Positions 11,176 to 22,118 of a stretch of 64,000 bases of DNA are shown piece by piece. Within the stretch, counting starts at the first letter, position 1, and the number at the start of each line of letters is the position of its first letter. Source of the DNA: Escherichia coli (GTDB taxonomy: Bacteria > Pseudomonadota > Gammaproteobacteria > Enterobacterales > Enterobacteriaceae); assembly GCF_003334305.1 (NCBI RefSeq), contig NZ_QOWS01000002.1. One strand, written 5' to 3'. Position numbers and translations under genes: made by a program. The notes beneath the pieces were generated by a model that was given only the letters and a program-made list of their open reading frames with translations, was not told the DNA's origin and did not search any database.

Positions 11176-12485
11176 CAGATACCTCGCGTCCAGGGAAAAT
11201 TGAGCGCGGTGCGCGCCAGCGTTTCGACGGCAATAGCGAGAACCTGCTCGTCAAAATCGAATTTTTCGTTGTGATGACCTGCCGCCAGCTGTGTGCCAAA
11301 CACCACGTAGGAGGCTTGCCCTTGATGTTGCTGCACGCGGGCCATCATTAATGTGGCATCTTCGGAACCCGCAGGCGCTTCAACACGTTCAATGGCCTGA
11401 TTGACCCCCGCGACCTGAGCCGCCTGACTTTGCAACCATGCGACCCATTGCGGCGAAGGAGAACTGGCGGTAGCTGCACCCATCAGACGAGTTTCAACGC
11501 CGACACCATACATGGTTGCTGCGCCCTGAATCGCTTGTTGTGCACGGTCAAAAACATATTGATTAATGACGTCGCTGGCCCCGCGTGTTTCCACTTTCAG
11601 CAACGCCGAGGCAGGAACAACGTTACGACCGCTTCCTGCCTGCATAACGCCCACGTTTACTCTGGAAGCTCCTTCGCTGTGCGGGGCGATTGCATGCAGT
11701 GCAAGAGTGGCTTGTGCTGCCGCCAACAAGGCATTGTGACCGTCTTCTGGTTTTGCGCCTGCGTGAGCGGCGGTACCGGTGAAGTGCGCGTCAAATTTGG
11801 TGGTTGCCATAAAATTATCACTGCCGCACACCACGGTGCCCGCAGGTACGCCAGTGCCAATGTGCACGGCAGTAAAATAATCAACATCATCTACGACACC
11901 TGCATCGACCATCGCCCGCGCGCCACGCGTACCTTCCTCTGCAGGCTGAAAAATCAGTTTGATGACGCCATGTAGTCCGGACTCGAATTGTTTAAGGGTA
12001 TGCGCCAGCCCAAGCCCAATGGCGGTATGTCCATCATGACCACAGGCATGCATCATTCCGGCGTTACATGACGCAAAACCGTCGCGGTAGGGGCGATGGC
12101 TGACATCCTGCTCTTCACTGAGATCCAGCGCGTCCATATCGACACGGAAAGCCATCACCGGACCGGGGCGACCGGTATCCAGGGTGGCGACGATACCAGT
12201 GAAACCACCTTCAAAAACCGCAATCCATTGTGCTAGCGCACCCTGTTGACGAGCGCGCTCGAATTCGCGTTGTAGAGTGAGTTCATCAGGTAGTCCCATC
12301 CGGCTACTTTCATTAACTACTTCGCGGCCCAGCGCCAGTGAATAGCCGAGCTGCTGCAATTCTTCCGCAACAAGGGTGGCAGTGCGGAATTCCACCCAGC
12401 CAGACTCTGCATAGTGATGAAAATCACGTCGCCAGTGCGATAATTTTGGGGCAAGCGAATTAACAAATTGATTCAAAGACTCCAT
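11175..12485 (-). CDS. abgA: p-aminobenzoyl-glutamate hydrolase subunit A (M20 peptidase)
   Basis: Track ORF 11175-12500; start trimmed to MESLNQ; stop overlaps abgB start. Confidence 0.9.
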   Translation of the reverse strand: MESLNQFVNSLAPKLSHWRRDFHHYAESGWVEFRTATLVAEELQQLGYSLALGREVVNESSRMGLPDELTLQREFERARQQGALAQWIAVFEGGFTGIVATLDTGRPGPVMAFRVDMDALDLSEEQDVSHRPYRDGFASCNAGMMHACGHDGHTAIGLGLAHTLKQFESGLHGVIKLIFQPAEEGTRGARAMVDAGVVDDVDYFTAVHIGTGVPAGTVVCGSDNFMATTKFDAHFTGTAAHAGAKPEDGHNALLAAAQATLALHAIAPHSEGASRVNVGVMQAGSGRNVVPASALLKVETRGASDVINQYVFDRAQQAIQGAATMYGVGVETRLMGAATASSPSPQWVAWLQSQAAQVAGVNQAIERVEAPAGSEDATLMMARVQQHQGQASYVVFGTQLAAGHHNEKFDFDEQVLAIAVETLARTALNFPWTRGI

Positions 12486-12544
12486 AACCTTTCCCGTCAT
12501 CAGTAAAAAGTGTGACCCGGTTCACGTAGCGATAGTTTTTACTT

Positions 12545-12557
12545 ATCACTAACTGAT
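12545..12557. promoter_or_regulatory. ATCA-N5-TGAT inverted repeat in the abgA/abgR divergent promoter region (candidate LysR-type box)
   Basis: ATCACTAACTGAT read in the 160-bp divergent intergenic region. Confidence 0.3.
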
Positions 12558-12660
12558 TTTTCACAGTTTTAACCGTTCATAAATTACCCTGACACAATCA
12601 TCTGCATTAAAGTAGATGCCAGTTTCTTTGGTCTGATAAATAACGGTTATCGGTGGCGTC

Positions 12661-13569
12661 ATGACTTTTCAGGTAAAAATTCATCAAATTCGTGCTTTTG
12701 TTGAAGTGGCTCGTCAGGGCAGCATTCGCGGAGCGAGCCGAATGTTGAATATGTCGCAACCGGCACTGAGTAAATCTATTCAGGAGCTGGAAGAAGGATT
12801 AGCGGCGCAACTCTTTTTTCGCCGTAGTAAAGGCGTGACGTTAACTGATGCCGGTGAAAGTTTTTATCAGCACGCCAGTCTTATTCTTGAAGAGCTGCGC
12901 GCAGCGCAAGAGGAAATTCGCCAACGACAAGGGCAACTGGCAGGGCAGATTAATATCGGCATGGGGGCCAGTATTTCCCGCAGTCTGATGCCAGCTGTCA
13001 TATCTCGTTTTCATCAGCAGCATCCGCAGGTAAAAGTACGCATTATGGAAGGGCAACTGGTGTCGATGATTAATGAATTGCGTCAGGGAGAATTGGATTT
13101 CACCATCAATACCTATTATCAGGGACCGTACGACCACGAATTTACTTTTGAGAAATTACTGGAAAAGCAATTCGCGATCTTTTGCCGCCCGGGACACCCC
13201 GCCATTGGTGCCCGTTCGATCAAACAGTTACTGGATTACAGCTGGACAATGCCGACGCCACACGGCAGTTACTACAAACAGTTGAGTGAATTGCTTGACG
13301 ATCAGGCGCAAACGCCACAGGTCGGTGTAGTCTGCGAGACGTTCTCAGCCTGTATCAGTCTGGTGGCAAAAAGCGATTTTCTCAGCATACTGCCTGAAGA
13401 AATGGGCTGCGATCCCTTGCACGGACAGGGGCTGGTGATGTTGCCGGTTAGCGAAATTTTACCGAAAGCGGCCTATTATTTGATTCAGCGGCGTGATAGT
13501 CGCCAGACACCACTGACCGCGTCATTAATCACGCAATTCCGGCGAGAATGCGGCTATCTGCAAAGTTAA
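12661..13569 (+). CDS. abgR: LysR-family regulator of the abg operon
   Basis: 302-aa ORF, divergent from abgA. Confidence 0.9.
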   Translation: MTFQVKIHQIRAFVEVARQGSIRGASRMLNMSQPALSKSIQELEEGLAAQLFFRRSKGVTLTDAGESFYQHASLILEELRAAQEEIRQRQGQLAGQINIGMGASISRSLMPAVISRFHQQHPQVKVRIMEGQLVSMINELRQGELDFTINTYYQGPYDHEFTFEKLLEKQFAIFCRPGHPAIGARSIKQLLDYSWTMPTPHGSYYKQLSELLDDQAQTPQVGVVCETFSACISLVAKSDFLSILPEEMGCDPLHGQGLVMLPVSEILPKAAYYLIQRRDSRQTPLTASLITQFRRECGYLQS

Positions 13570-13898
13570 AACTGCATAAAAAAATAGAGTCTGTCGACAT
13601 CCGCCAGACTCTACAGTACACACAGCAGTGCATCCGCGTCTTAAGTCCGGCATTGTCTCCTCTGCGCCGGTGACTGTGTTATAACGGTTTTAACCTTTAG
13701 TTGCCAATTTTCTTCAGTGACAGATTTCACGAAAATATAAGTTACATTATTAATATCGTGAATGAATAATCATGCATAAGCATTTTGCTTAAAATATCGG
13801 CAATATTTGGAACTTATTACTGGAATTTTGGGTAATACGTTGTTGGACCGACCCGGTCTGGTTATCATATCGCGCTCTTAATTGCGGGAGGATGTAAC

Positions 13899-14462
13899 AT
13901 GAACCTTGACGACAAATCGCTGTTTCTTGACGCCATGGAAGATGTCCAGCCGCTGAAACGTGCTACCGATGTCCACTGGCATCCAACGCGTAACCAACGT
14001 GCGCCGCAGCGTATCGACACGCTGCAGCTTGATAATTTCCTCACCACCGGATTTCTCGACATCATCCCACTAAGTCAGCCGCTGGAGTTTCGGCGGGAAG
14101 GGTTGCAACATGGGGTGCTGGATAAGCTGCGCAGTGGTAAATATCCGCAACAGGCGAGCCTGAATCTTTTGCGCCAGCCGGTGGAAGAGTGCCGCAAAAT
14201 GATGTTCAGTTTCATTCAACAAGCCATGGCTGATGGTTTGCGTAACGTGCTGATTATTCATGGCAAAGGACGGGATGATAAATCGCATGCCAATATTGTC
14301 CGCAGCTATGTGGCGCGCTGGCTGACCGAATTTGATGATGTTCAGGCATATTGCACCGCGCTACCGCATCATGGCGGCAGCGGGGCGTGTTACGTCGCAC
14401 TACGTAAAACGGCGCAGGCGAAGCAAGAAAACTGGGAGCGCCACGCTAAGCGCAGTCGTTGA
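13899..14462 (+). CDS. smrA: Smr-domain endonuclease SmrA (YdaL)
   Basis: 187-aa ORF with C-terminal Smr domain. Confidence 0.85.
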   Translation: MNLDDKSLFLDAMEDVQPLKRATDVHWHPTRNQRAPQRIDTLQLDNFLTTGFLDIIPLSQPLEFRREGLQHGVLDKLRSGKYPQQASLNLLRQPVEECRKMMFSFIQQAMADGLRNVLIIHGKGRDDKSHANIVRSYVARWLTEFDDVQAYCTALPHHGGSGACYVALRKTAQAKQENWERHAKRSR

Positions 14463-14482
14463 TCTCGAGACGCATCCGCGGC

Positions 14483-15715
14483 TTATGCCGCCAGCACGCG
14501 GTTGCGACCATCATTTTTCGCCCGATACAAAGCATCATCAACGCGTTTAAACAGTTCATCGATGCTTTCATTTCCTTCGTGATGCGCCACACCAATGCTG
14601 ACGGTAAAGCGTGGTAAGCCCGAAATACTCACTTTTGCCACGCTTACGCGGATAGTTTCAGCCAGCGAAAGCGCGGTATCCAGTGGGGTTCTTGGTAGCA
14701 ATAAGACAAACTCTTCGCCTCCCCAACGAAACACCAAATCGCCTTTGCGAGCGCAACTTTCGAGGGTGCGGGCGAGGGCGCATAACACCTCATCACCTTT
14801 AGAATGCCCATAGAGATCGTTAATGTGTTTAAAACGATCGGTGTCGATGAGCAACAAGCTGTAATCCTGAGCGATGGCGAGATGCTGCATTTGGCCTGGT
14901 TCCGTAATGTGATAAAACTGTCGCCGATTCAGTAATCCGGTCATCGCGTCATGGTGAGCAGCATGTTCCAGCTGCTCCTCCAGCCGTTTTTGCTCAGTAA
15001 TATCATGCACAATACATAACATGAGCTTGTCGCCATAAATTTCAATCGGTCCGGCATAGGTCTGCACATGACGAGTAGATCCATCCGCCAGTTTATGAAC
15101 AAAATTCAAAGGTTTATGACCGCCGGGTAAATGCGAAATTTCATGCATGATAGGCATGACGCGACGCCCGAGCATATTTATTTCCCAGGTATGTTTCTGG
15201 CACATCGTTTCATGGTTATAACCATAGAAATTGAGCGCGGCGAGGTTAGCATCGACGATTTGTCCATCTCGTGACGGGTCAATCAACAACATTGGTGCAG
15301 AGTTAGTCAGAAAAAAGCGCGCATAAAAACCTTGTTTTTTGCGCTGATAATTTGCCGAGCGACTGGCTTTTAACCCCAGCGTTGCCGGCGCTTCGATACC
15401 TTCGAAAATAATCACCGGTTCTGTTTCTGTCAGCTCTCGCAAAACAAGCCGACAGCTTAATGCTGTTTCCTCTTCTTTACGCTGAACAGTGAGGATTTCG
15501 ATAATATCGTGTTGGTTTTGCAGATCGGAGAGGTATTTCGGCAGTTCTTTTTGTGAGGAGACGGAATAGGGACCGGTTCGTAGCTGACTAAACGTGAGGT
15601 CTTGCATCAACAGTCGCGCCGCGCTATTGGCATAAATTAACTGTTCCTCAAAGGGCGAAACGATCCAGACAGGACTGGTGAGTAAGTCCAGGGTATTGAA
15701 GTTGTGCGTAATCAT
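14483..15715 (-). CDS. dgcM: diguanylate cyclase DgcM (YdaM), PAS-GGDEF
   Basis: Track ORF 14483-15775; start trimmed to MITHNF; GGEEF motif present. Confidence 0.85.
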   Translation of the reverse strand: MITHNFNTLDLLTSPVWIVSPFEEQLIYANSAARLLMQDLTFSQLRTGPYSVSSQKELPKYLSDLQNQHDIIEILTVQRKEEETALSCRLVLRELTETEPVIIFEGIEAPATLGLKASRSANYQRKKQGFYARFFLTNSAPMLLIDPSRDGQIVDANLAALNFYGYNHETMCQKHTWEINMLGRRVMPIMHEISHLPGGHKPLNFVHKLADGSTRHVQTYAGPIEIYGDKLMLCIVHDITEQKRLEEQLEHAAHHDAMTGLLNRRQFYHITEPGQMQHLAIAQDYSLLLIDTDRFKHINDLYGHSKGDEVLCALARTLESCARKGDLVFRWGGEEFVLLLPRTPLDTALSLAETIRVSVAKVSISGLPRFTVSIGVAHHEGNESIDELFKRVDDALYRAKNDGRNRVLAA

Positions 15716-15948
15716 TGAGATCCCATTATTTTTATCAATTTTTGTTGCTATCCGATCGCAAAAAAGCCACGTCATATGATCAGATAATTCTGATAATGAT
15801 AGACGCTATTTAACACTTCACACGGTTTGTATACGGAAAAGCATTTTGCTTTTTGTATTCAATTTAGACAGAATTTTATTAATCATTTCAGGGTAATGGG
15901 GTGATGAGATGTTGCGTAACAGGGCCAGAAGGCTAGACTACAAAATAA

Positions 15949-16953
<1,005 letters not shown>

Positions 16954-17142
16954 CAAAAGCAATTTTTCCGGCTGTCTGTATACAAAAACGCCGCAAAGTT
17001 TGAGCGAAGTCAATAAACTCTCTACCCATTCAGGGCAATATCTCCATTGCAGGTGAATGCAACGTCAAGCGATGGGCGTTGCGCTCCATATTGTCTTACT
17101 TCCTTTTTTGAATTACTGCATAGCATAATTGATTCGTACGAC

Positions 17143-17170
17143 GCCGACTTTGATGAGTCGGCTTTTTTTT
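17143..17170 (+). terminator. Rho-independent terminator-like hairpin plus T8 run downstream of zntB
   Basis: GCCGACT...AGTCGGC stem followed by TTTTTTTT. Confidence 0.6.
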
Positions 17171-17227
17171 GCCTGTTATTTATCAGCGTCTACCCTTTAA
17201 GAGTCCACCCAATGACCGGAGGGAAAT

Positions 17228-17401
17228 ATGACGACACTTATTTATTTGCAAATTCCTGTCCCTGAACCGATTCCTGGCGATCCTGTTCCAGTGCCCGATC
17301 CGATCCCTCGCCCGCAACCCATGCCTGACCCACCACCCGATGAAGAACCGATTAAATTGTCGCATCGTGAGCGTAGATCTGCGAGGATACGCGCCTGCTA
17401 A
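17228..17401 (+). CDS. hypothetical 57-aa proline-rich small protein (candidate upstream ORF of dbpA)
   Basis: ATG at 17228 preceded by GGAGG 7 nt upstream; codons read by hand to TAA at 17399-17401; below the size cut-off of the ORF track. Confidence 0.4.
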   Translation: MTTLIYLQIPVPEPIPGDPVPVPDPIPRPQPMPDPPPDEEPIKLSHRERRSARIRAC

Positions 17402-17430
17402 CTTTGCGTCGATGACCACGAGAATAGATT

Positions 17431-18804
17431 GTGACCGCTTTTTCTACCCTGAATGTTTTGCCTCCCGCCCAACTCACGAACCTTAATGAGTTGGGTTATT
17501 TAACCATGACGCCGGTGCAGGCCGCCGCGCTTCCGGCGATCCTTGCCGGAAAAGATGTTCGCGTGCAGGCGAAAACCGGCAGCGGCAAAACGGCGGCTTT
17601 TGGCCTCGGCTTGTTACAGCAAATTGATGCGTCGCTATTTCAAACCCAGGCTTTAGTGCTGTGTCCTACGCGTGAACTGGCGGATCAGGTGGCAGGTGAA
17701 TTGCGTCGGCTGGCGCGTTTTCTGCCAAATACCAAAATTTTGACGTTGTGCGGTGGTCAACCGTTCGGTATGCAGCGTGATTCGTTGCAACATGCGCCGC
17801 ATATTATCGTGGCAACGCCGGGTCGTTTGCTGGATCACTTGCAAAAAGGCACGGTATCACTGGATGCGCTGAATACTTTGGTGATGGATGAGGCCGACCG
17901 CATGCTGGATATGGGATTTAGCGATGCCATTGATGATGTCATCCGTTTTGCGCCTGCATCTCGACAGACGCTTCTGTTTTCGGCAACCTGGCCGGAAGCC
18001 ATCGCCGCAATCAGCGGACGAGTGCAACGCGATCCTTTGGCGATTGAAATTGACTCAACAGATGCTTTGCCACCCATTGAACAACAATTTTATGAGACAT
18101 CCAGCAAAGGCAAAATTCCTCTGTTGCAACGGTTATTAAGCTTGCATCAGCCATCCTCTTGCGTGGTGTTTTGCAATACCAAAAAAGATTGCCAGGCTGT
18201 CTGCGACGCGCTGAATGAAGTAGGGCAAAGTGCATTGTCGTTACACGGCGATCTGGAGCAACGCGATCGCGATCAGACTCTGGTACGTTTTGCTAACGGT
18301 AGCGCCCGTGTACTGGTTGCTACTGATGTTGCTGCGCGTGGTCTGGATATTAAATCGCTTGAGCTGGTGGTGAACTTTGAGCTGGCGTGGGACCCTGAAG
18401 TTCATGTACATCGCATCGGTCGTACAGCTCGTGCAGGAAATAGCGGTCTGGCGATCAGTTTCTGTGCTCCGGAAGAAGCACAGCGGGCCAATATCATTTC
18501 TGACATGTTGCAGATAAAACTTAACTGGCAAACGCCGCCAGCTAATAGTTCCATTTTGCCGCTGGAAGCAGAAATGGCAACGTTGTGTATCGATGGCGGG
18601 AAAAAAGCCAAAATGCGCCCGGGTGATGTATTAGGTGCGCTGACAGGAGACATCGGGCTTGATGGCGTAGATATTGGCAAAATCGCCGTGCATCCGGCGC
18701 ATGTCTATGTCGCGGTCCGTCAGGCTGTTGCTCATAAAGCATGGAAACAGTTACAGGGCGGGAAGATTAAAGGAAAAACGTGCCGGGTGCGGTTATTAAA
18801 ATAA
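17431..18804 (+). CDS. dbpA: ATP-dependent 23S rRNA-specific DEAD-box helicase DbpA
   Basis: 457-aa ORF, GTG start, DEAD motif (VMDEADRM) present. Confidence 0.95.
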   Translation: MTAFSTLNVLPPAQLTNLNELGYLTMTPVQAAALPAILAGKDVRVQAKTGSGKTAAFGLGLLQQIDASLFQTQALVLCPTRELADQVAGELRRLARFLPNTKILTLCGGQPFGMQRDSLQHAPHIIVATPGRLLDHLQKGTVSLDALNTLVMDEADRMLDMGFSDAIDDVIRFAPASRQTLLFSATWPEAIAAISGRVQRDPLAIEIDSTDALPPIEQQFYETSSKGKIPLLQRLLSLHQPSSCVVFCNTKKDCQAVCDALNEVGQSALSLHGDLEQRDRDQTLVRFANGSARVLVATDVAARGLDIKSLELVVNFELAWDPEVHVHRIGRTARAGNSGLAISFCAPEEAQRANIISDMLQIKLNWQTPPANSSILPLEAEMATLCIDGGKKAKMRPGDVLGALTGDIGLDGVDIGKIAVHPAHVYVAVRQAVAHKAWKQLQGGKIKGKTCRVRLLK

Positions 18805-18852
18805 TGAAATGTTGAATTGCCGGGTGCAAGAGTAAACATCTTATGCGGGATT

Positions 18853-18925
18853 GCCGGATGCGACGCTGGCCGCGTCTTATGCGGCCTCCATAAGAGTAGC
18901 CCGATACGCTTGCGCATCGGGCGCT
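18853..18925. repeat. REP-like (repetitive extragenic palindromic) elements between convergent dbpA and ttcA
   Basis: GCCGGATGCGACGCTGGCCGCGTCTTATGCGGCC matches the REP consensus as recalled; second GC-rich palindrome follows. Confidence 0.6.
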
Positions 18926-18932
18926 ATCCTGG

Positions 18933-19868
18933 TTATTTCACTTCAACCACATTCAGCCGTAACTCATCCAACTGATTTTCATCTTCTTCTGGCTGCCAGC
19001 CCGCCGGTTGTAGTGGGATCTCTTCGCGATCAAACGCCAGATCACCCCCGTTAACCACTTCAGAACCGTGGGTAATGCCTTTGAAATCGAACAGGTTGGT
19101 ATCGCACAGATGCGACGGCACCACATTCTGCATCGCGCTGAACATCGTCTCGATACGCCCTGGATAACGTTTATCCCAGTCACGCAACATGTCAGCAATC
19201 ACCTGACGTTGCAGGTTAGGCTGTGAACCGCACAGGTTGCACGGAATAATCGGGAACGCTTTTGCATCGGCAAATCGCTGAATATCTTTCTCGCGGCAGT
19301 AGGCCAGCGGACGAATAACGATATGTTTGCCATCATCGCTCATCAGTTTCGGAGGCATACCTTTCATCTTGCCGCCGTAGAACATATTTAAGAACAACGT
19401 TTGCAGGATATCGTCACGATGGTGACCCAACGCGATCTTCGTCGCCCCCAGTTCCGTTGCGGTACGATAAAGGATACCGCGACGAAGGCGAGAACACAGT
19501 GAGCAAGTGGTTTTGCCCTCTGGAATCTTCTCTTTCACGATACCGTAAGTATTCTCTTCAACAATCTTGTACTCAACGCCCAGCTTTTCAAGATACTCGG
19601 GCAGAACGTGTTCCGGGAAGCCCGGTTGCTTTTGATCGAGGTTAACAGCCACCAGCGAAAAATTGATTGGCGCGCTTTGCTGCAAATTGCGCAGAATCTC
19701 CAGCATGGTATAGCTGTCTTTACCCCCGGAGAGGCAAACCATGATGCGATCGCCTTCTTCAATCATATTGAAGTCAGCAATGGCTTCGCCCACGTTACGA
19801 CGCAGACGTTTTTGTAATTTGTTCAGGTTGTATTGTTCTTTCTTACTAATTTCTTGATTTTGCGACAT
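18933..19868 (-). CDS. ttcA: tRNA 2-thiocytidine biosynthesis protein TtcA
   Basis: 311-aa ORF with PP-loop SGGKDS and CxxC pairs. Confidence 0.9.
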   Translation of the reverse strand: MSQNQEISKKEQYNLNKLQKRLRRNVGEAIADFNMIEEGDRIMVCLSGGKDSYTMLEILRNLQQSAPINFSLVAVNLDQKQPGFPEHVLPEYLEKLGVEYKIVEENTYGIVKEKIPEGKTTCSLCSRLRRGILYRTATELGATKIALGHHRDDILQTLFLNMFYGGKMKGMPPKLMSDDGKHIVIRPLAYCREKDIQRFADAKAFPIIPCNLCGSQPNLQRQVIADMLRDWDKRYPGRIETMFSAMQNVVPSHLCDTNLFDFKGITHGSEVVNGGDLAFDREEIPLQPAGWQPEEDENQLDELRLNVVEVK

Positions 19869-20009
19869 TTAAAAGCGACTCAATTCGTTATATGGCATCA
19901 GAAGAGTATGCGTCATGCCGGAACGCCCAGCATAAGAAATCTGATATAAAAACTGTGGCGTGTATGGTACGGATTAGAGGGGAAAATGTCAGCACATTTG
20001 CGAAATGAA

Positions 20010-20037
20010 TCAAAAAGCCCGCAGCAATGTGCGGGCG
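20010..20037 (-). terminator. Rho-independent terminator of uspF
   Basis: GCCCGC...GCGGGC hairpin; T-run on the minus strand (A5 on plus at 20012-20016). Confidence 0.6.
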
Positions 20038-20043
20038 TTAGTG

Positions 20044-20559
<516 letters not shown>

Positions 20560-20583
20560 TTAGATCAAAGGAGGAAGAATAAG

Positions 20584-20611
20584 CAGAAAAAGCCCGCCAT
20601 AACAGCGGGCA
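20584..20611 (-). terminator. Rho-independent terminator of ompN
   Basis: GCCCGC-CATAACAG-CGGGC hairpin with T-run on the minus strand. Confidence 0.6.
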
Positions 20612-20618
20612 GGAGGAT

Positions 20619-21752
20619 TTAGAACTGATAAACCAGACCTAAAGCGACAATATCATCGGTAGAGATGCCATTGGCAGCGTAGAAACTGTCATCTTCATCC
20701 AACAGGTTGATTTTATAGTCAACATAAGTGGACATGTTTTTATTGAAATAGTAAGTCGCGCCAACATCGGCGTATTTAACCAGATCTTTATCATCAACAC
20801 CTGCCGGGTTGTCTGCACCACCGGCAGCGTGCAGGTCACGGCCTTTAGACATCAGGAAAGAGACTGCCGGACGCAGACCAAAATCAAACTGGTACTGTGC
20901 AGTGACTTCAAAGTTCTGGGTTTTGTTTGCAACAGCATAATCGCTGTCGCCAAACGGGGTCATATTACGCGTTTCTGAATACATGGTTGCCAGGTAAATA
21001 TTGTTAGCATCGTATTTTAGCCCAGCAGTCCACGCGTCTGCTTTATCACCACCCGCCGCAGTATGGTTAACCTGATCATTGGTGCGGTCAGAAGAGGTGT
21101 ATGCCGCACCAGCGCTAAAGCCCATGCCTAAATCATATGTTGTGGAAAGACCCCAGCCGTCACCGTTTTCATGGCGAACATCACGTCCGTTGTTGGTGCC
21201 TTCCTGACCATTACTGGCACCTTCGTTGTTACCTTGATACTGCACCGCGAAGTTCAGACCATTTACCAGACCGAAGAAATCAGTATTACGATAAGTCGCG
21301 ACGCCATTGGCTCGACCAGTCATAAAGTTGTCTGCATTGGTATAAGAGTCACCGCCAAATTCAGGCAGCATATCGGTCCAGCCTTCGATGTCGTACATTA
21401 CGCCATAATTACGTCCGTAATCGAAAGAACCGTAATCTGCAAATTTCAGCCCGGCAAATGCCAGACGGGTCCATGACTGGTTTTTTGAAGATTCAGTGTT
21501 GTTTGCCTGAATATTGTATTCCCATTGACCGTAGCCAGTGAGTTGATCGTTAATTTGGGTTTCGCCTTTAAAACCCAGACGCGCATAGCTCTGATCGCCA
21601 TCTTTCGCTGAATTATCAGAAAAATAATGCAGGCCATCAACTTTGCCATACAGATCTAATTTGTTGCCGTCTTTATTATAAACTTCGGCTGCATGTGCAG
21701 CACCTGCGGCGAGCAGGGCAGGAATTAAAAGTGCCAGTACTTTGCTTTTCAT
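20619..21752 (-). CDS. ompN: outer membrane porin OmpN (OmpC/F family)
   Basis: 377-aa ORF, signal peptide, C-terminal aromatic residue (ends LVYQF). Confidence 0.9.
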   Translation of the reverse strand: MKSKVLALLIPALLAAGAAHAAEVYNKDGNKLDLYGKVDGLHYFSDNSAKDGDQSYARLGFKGETQINDQLTGYGQWEYNIQANNTESSKNQSWTRLAFAGLKFADYGSFDYGRNYGVMYDIEGWTDMLPEFGGDSYTNADNFMTGRANGVATYRNTDFFGLVNGLNFAVQYQGNNEGASNGQEGTNNGRDVRHENGDGWGLSTTYDLGMGFSAGAAYTSSDRTNDQVNHTAAGGDKADAWTAGLKYDANNIYLATMYSETRNMTPFGDSDYAVANKTQNFEVTAQYQFDFGLRPAVSFLMSKGRDLHAAGGADNPAGVDDKDLVKYADVGATYYFNKNMSTYVDYKINLLDEDDSFYAANGISTDDIVALGLVYQF

Positions 21753-21979
21753 TGAATAAATCCTTTAGTTATTTTATTTGCCTTTTATCCCCATTCCGGG
21801 GAGTGAAAACATCCTAAAGGAGAAGTTCAGTTAGCCGATAAATATCATTTGTTACGCCTTAAGTAAAACCTTAATCAAATAATTCCTCTGAAATGATAAT
21901 AAGTCTGGTGAATGTATCGAAGATAATACATACAAAATAAAAATTATACTTTTAATTTTCTATACGTTATTCTGCGCGG

Positions 21980-22089
21980 GTTATATGCCTTTATTGTCAC
22001 AGATTTTATTTTCTGTTGGGCCATTGCATTGCCACTGATTTTCCAACATATAAAAAGACAAGCCCGAACAGTCGTCCGGGCTTTTTTTT
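21980..22089 (+). ncRNA. micC: MicC small RNA (Hfq-dependent regulator of ompC)
   Basis: GTTATATGCCTTTATTGTCACAG...GCCCGAACAGTCGTCCGGGC plus T9 matches MicC as I recall it; located between ompN and ydbK. Confidence 0.85.
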
Positions 22090-22118
22090 TAGAATTGGAT
22101 AATCCTTATCCAGAGCAT

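Noticed and set aside
13586-13612. Inverted repeat AGAGTCTG...CAGACTCT after abgR as a terminator
   Set aside because: No U-run follows on the plus strand; only an A-run precedes it. It may be a weak or factor-dependent terminator, so it is not annotated.
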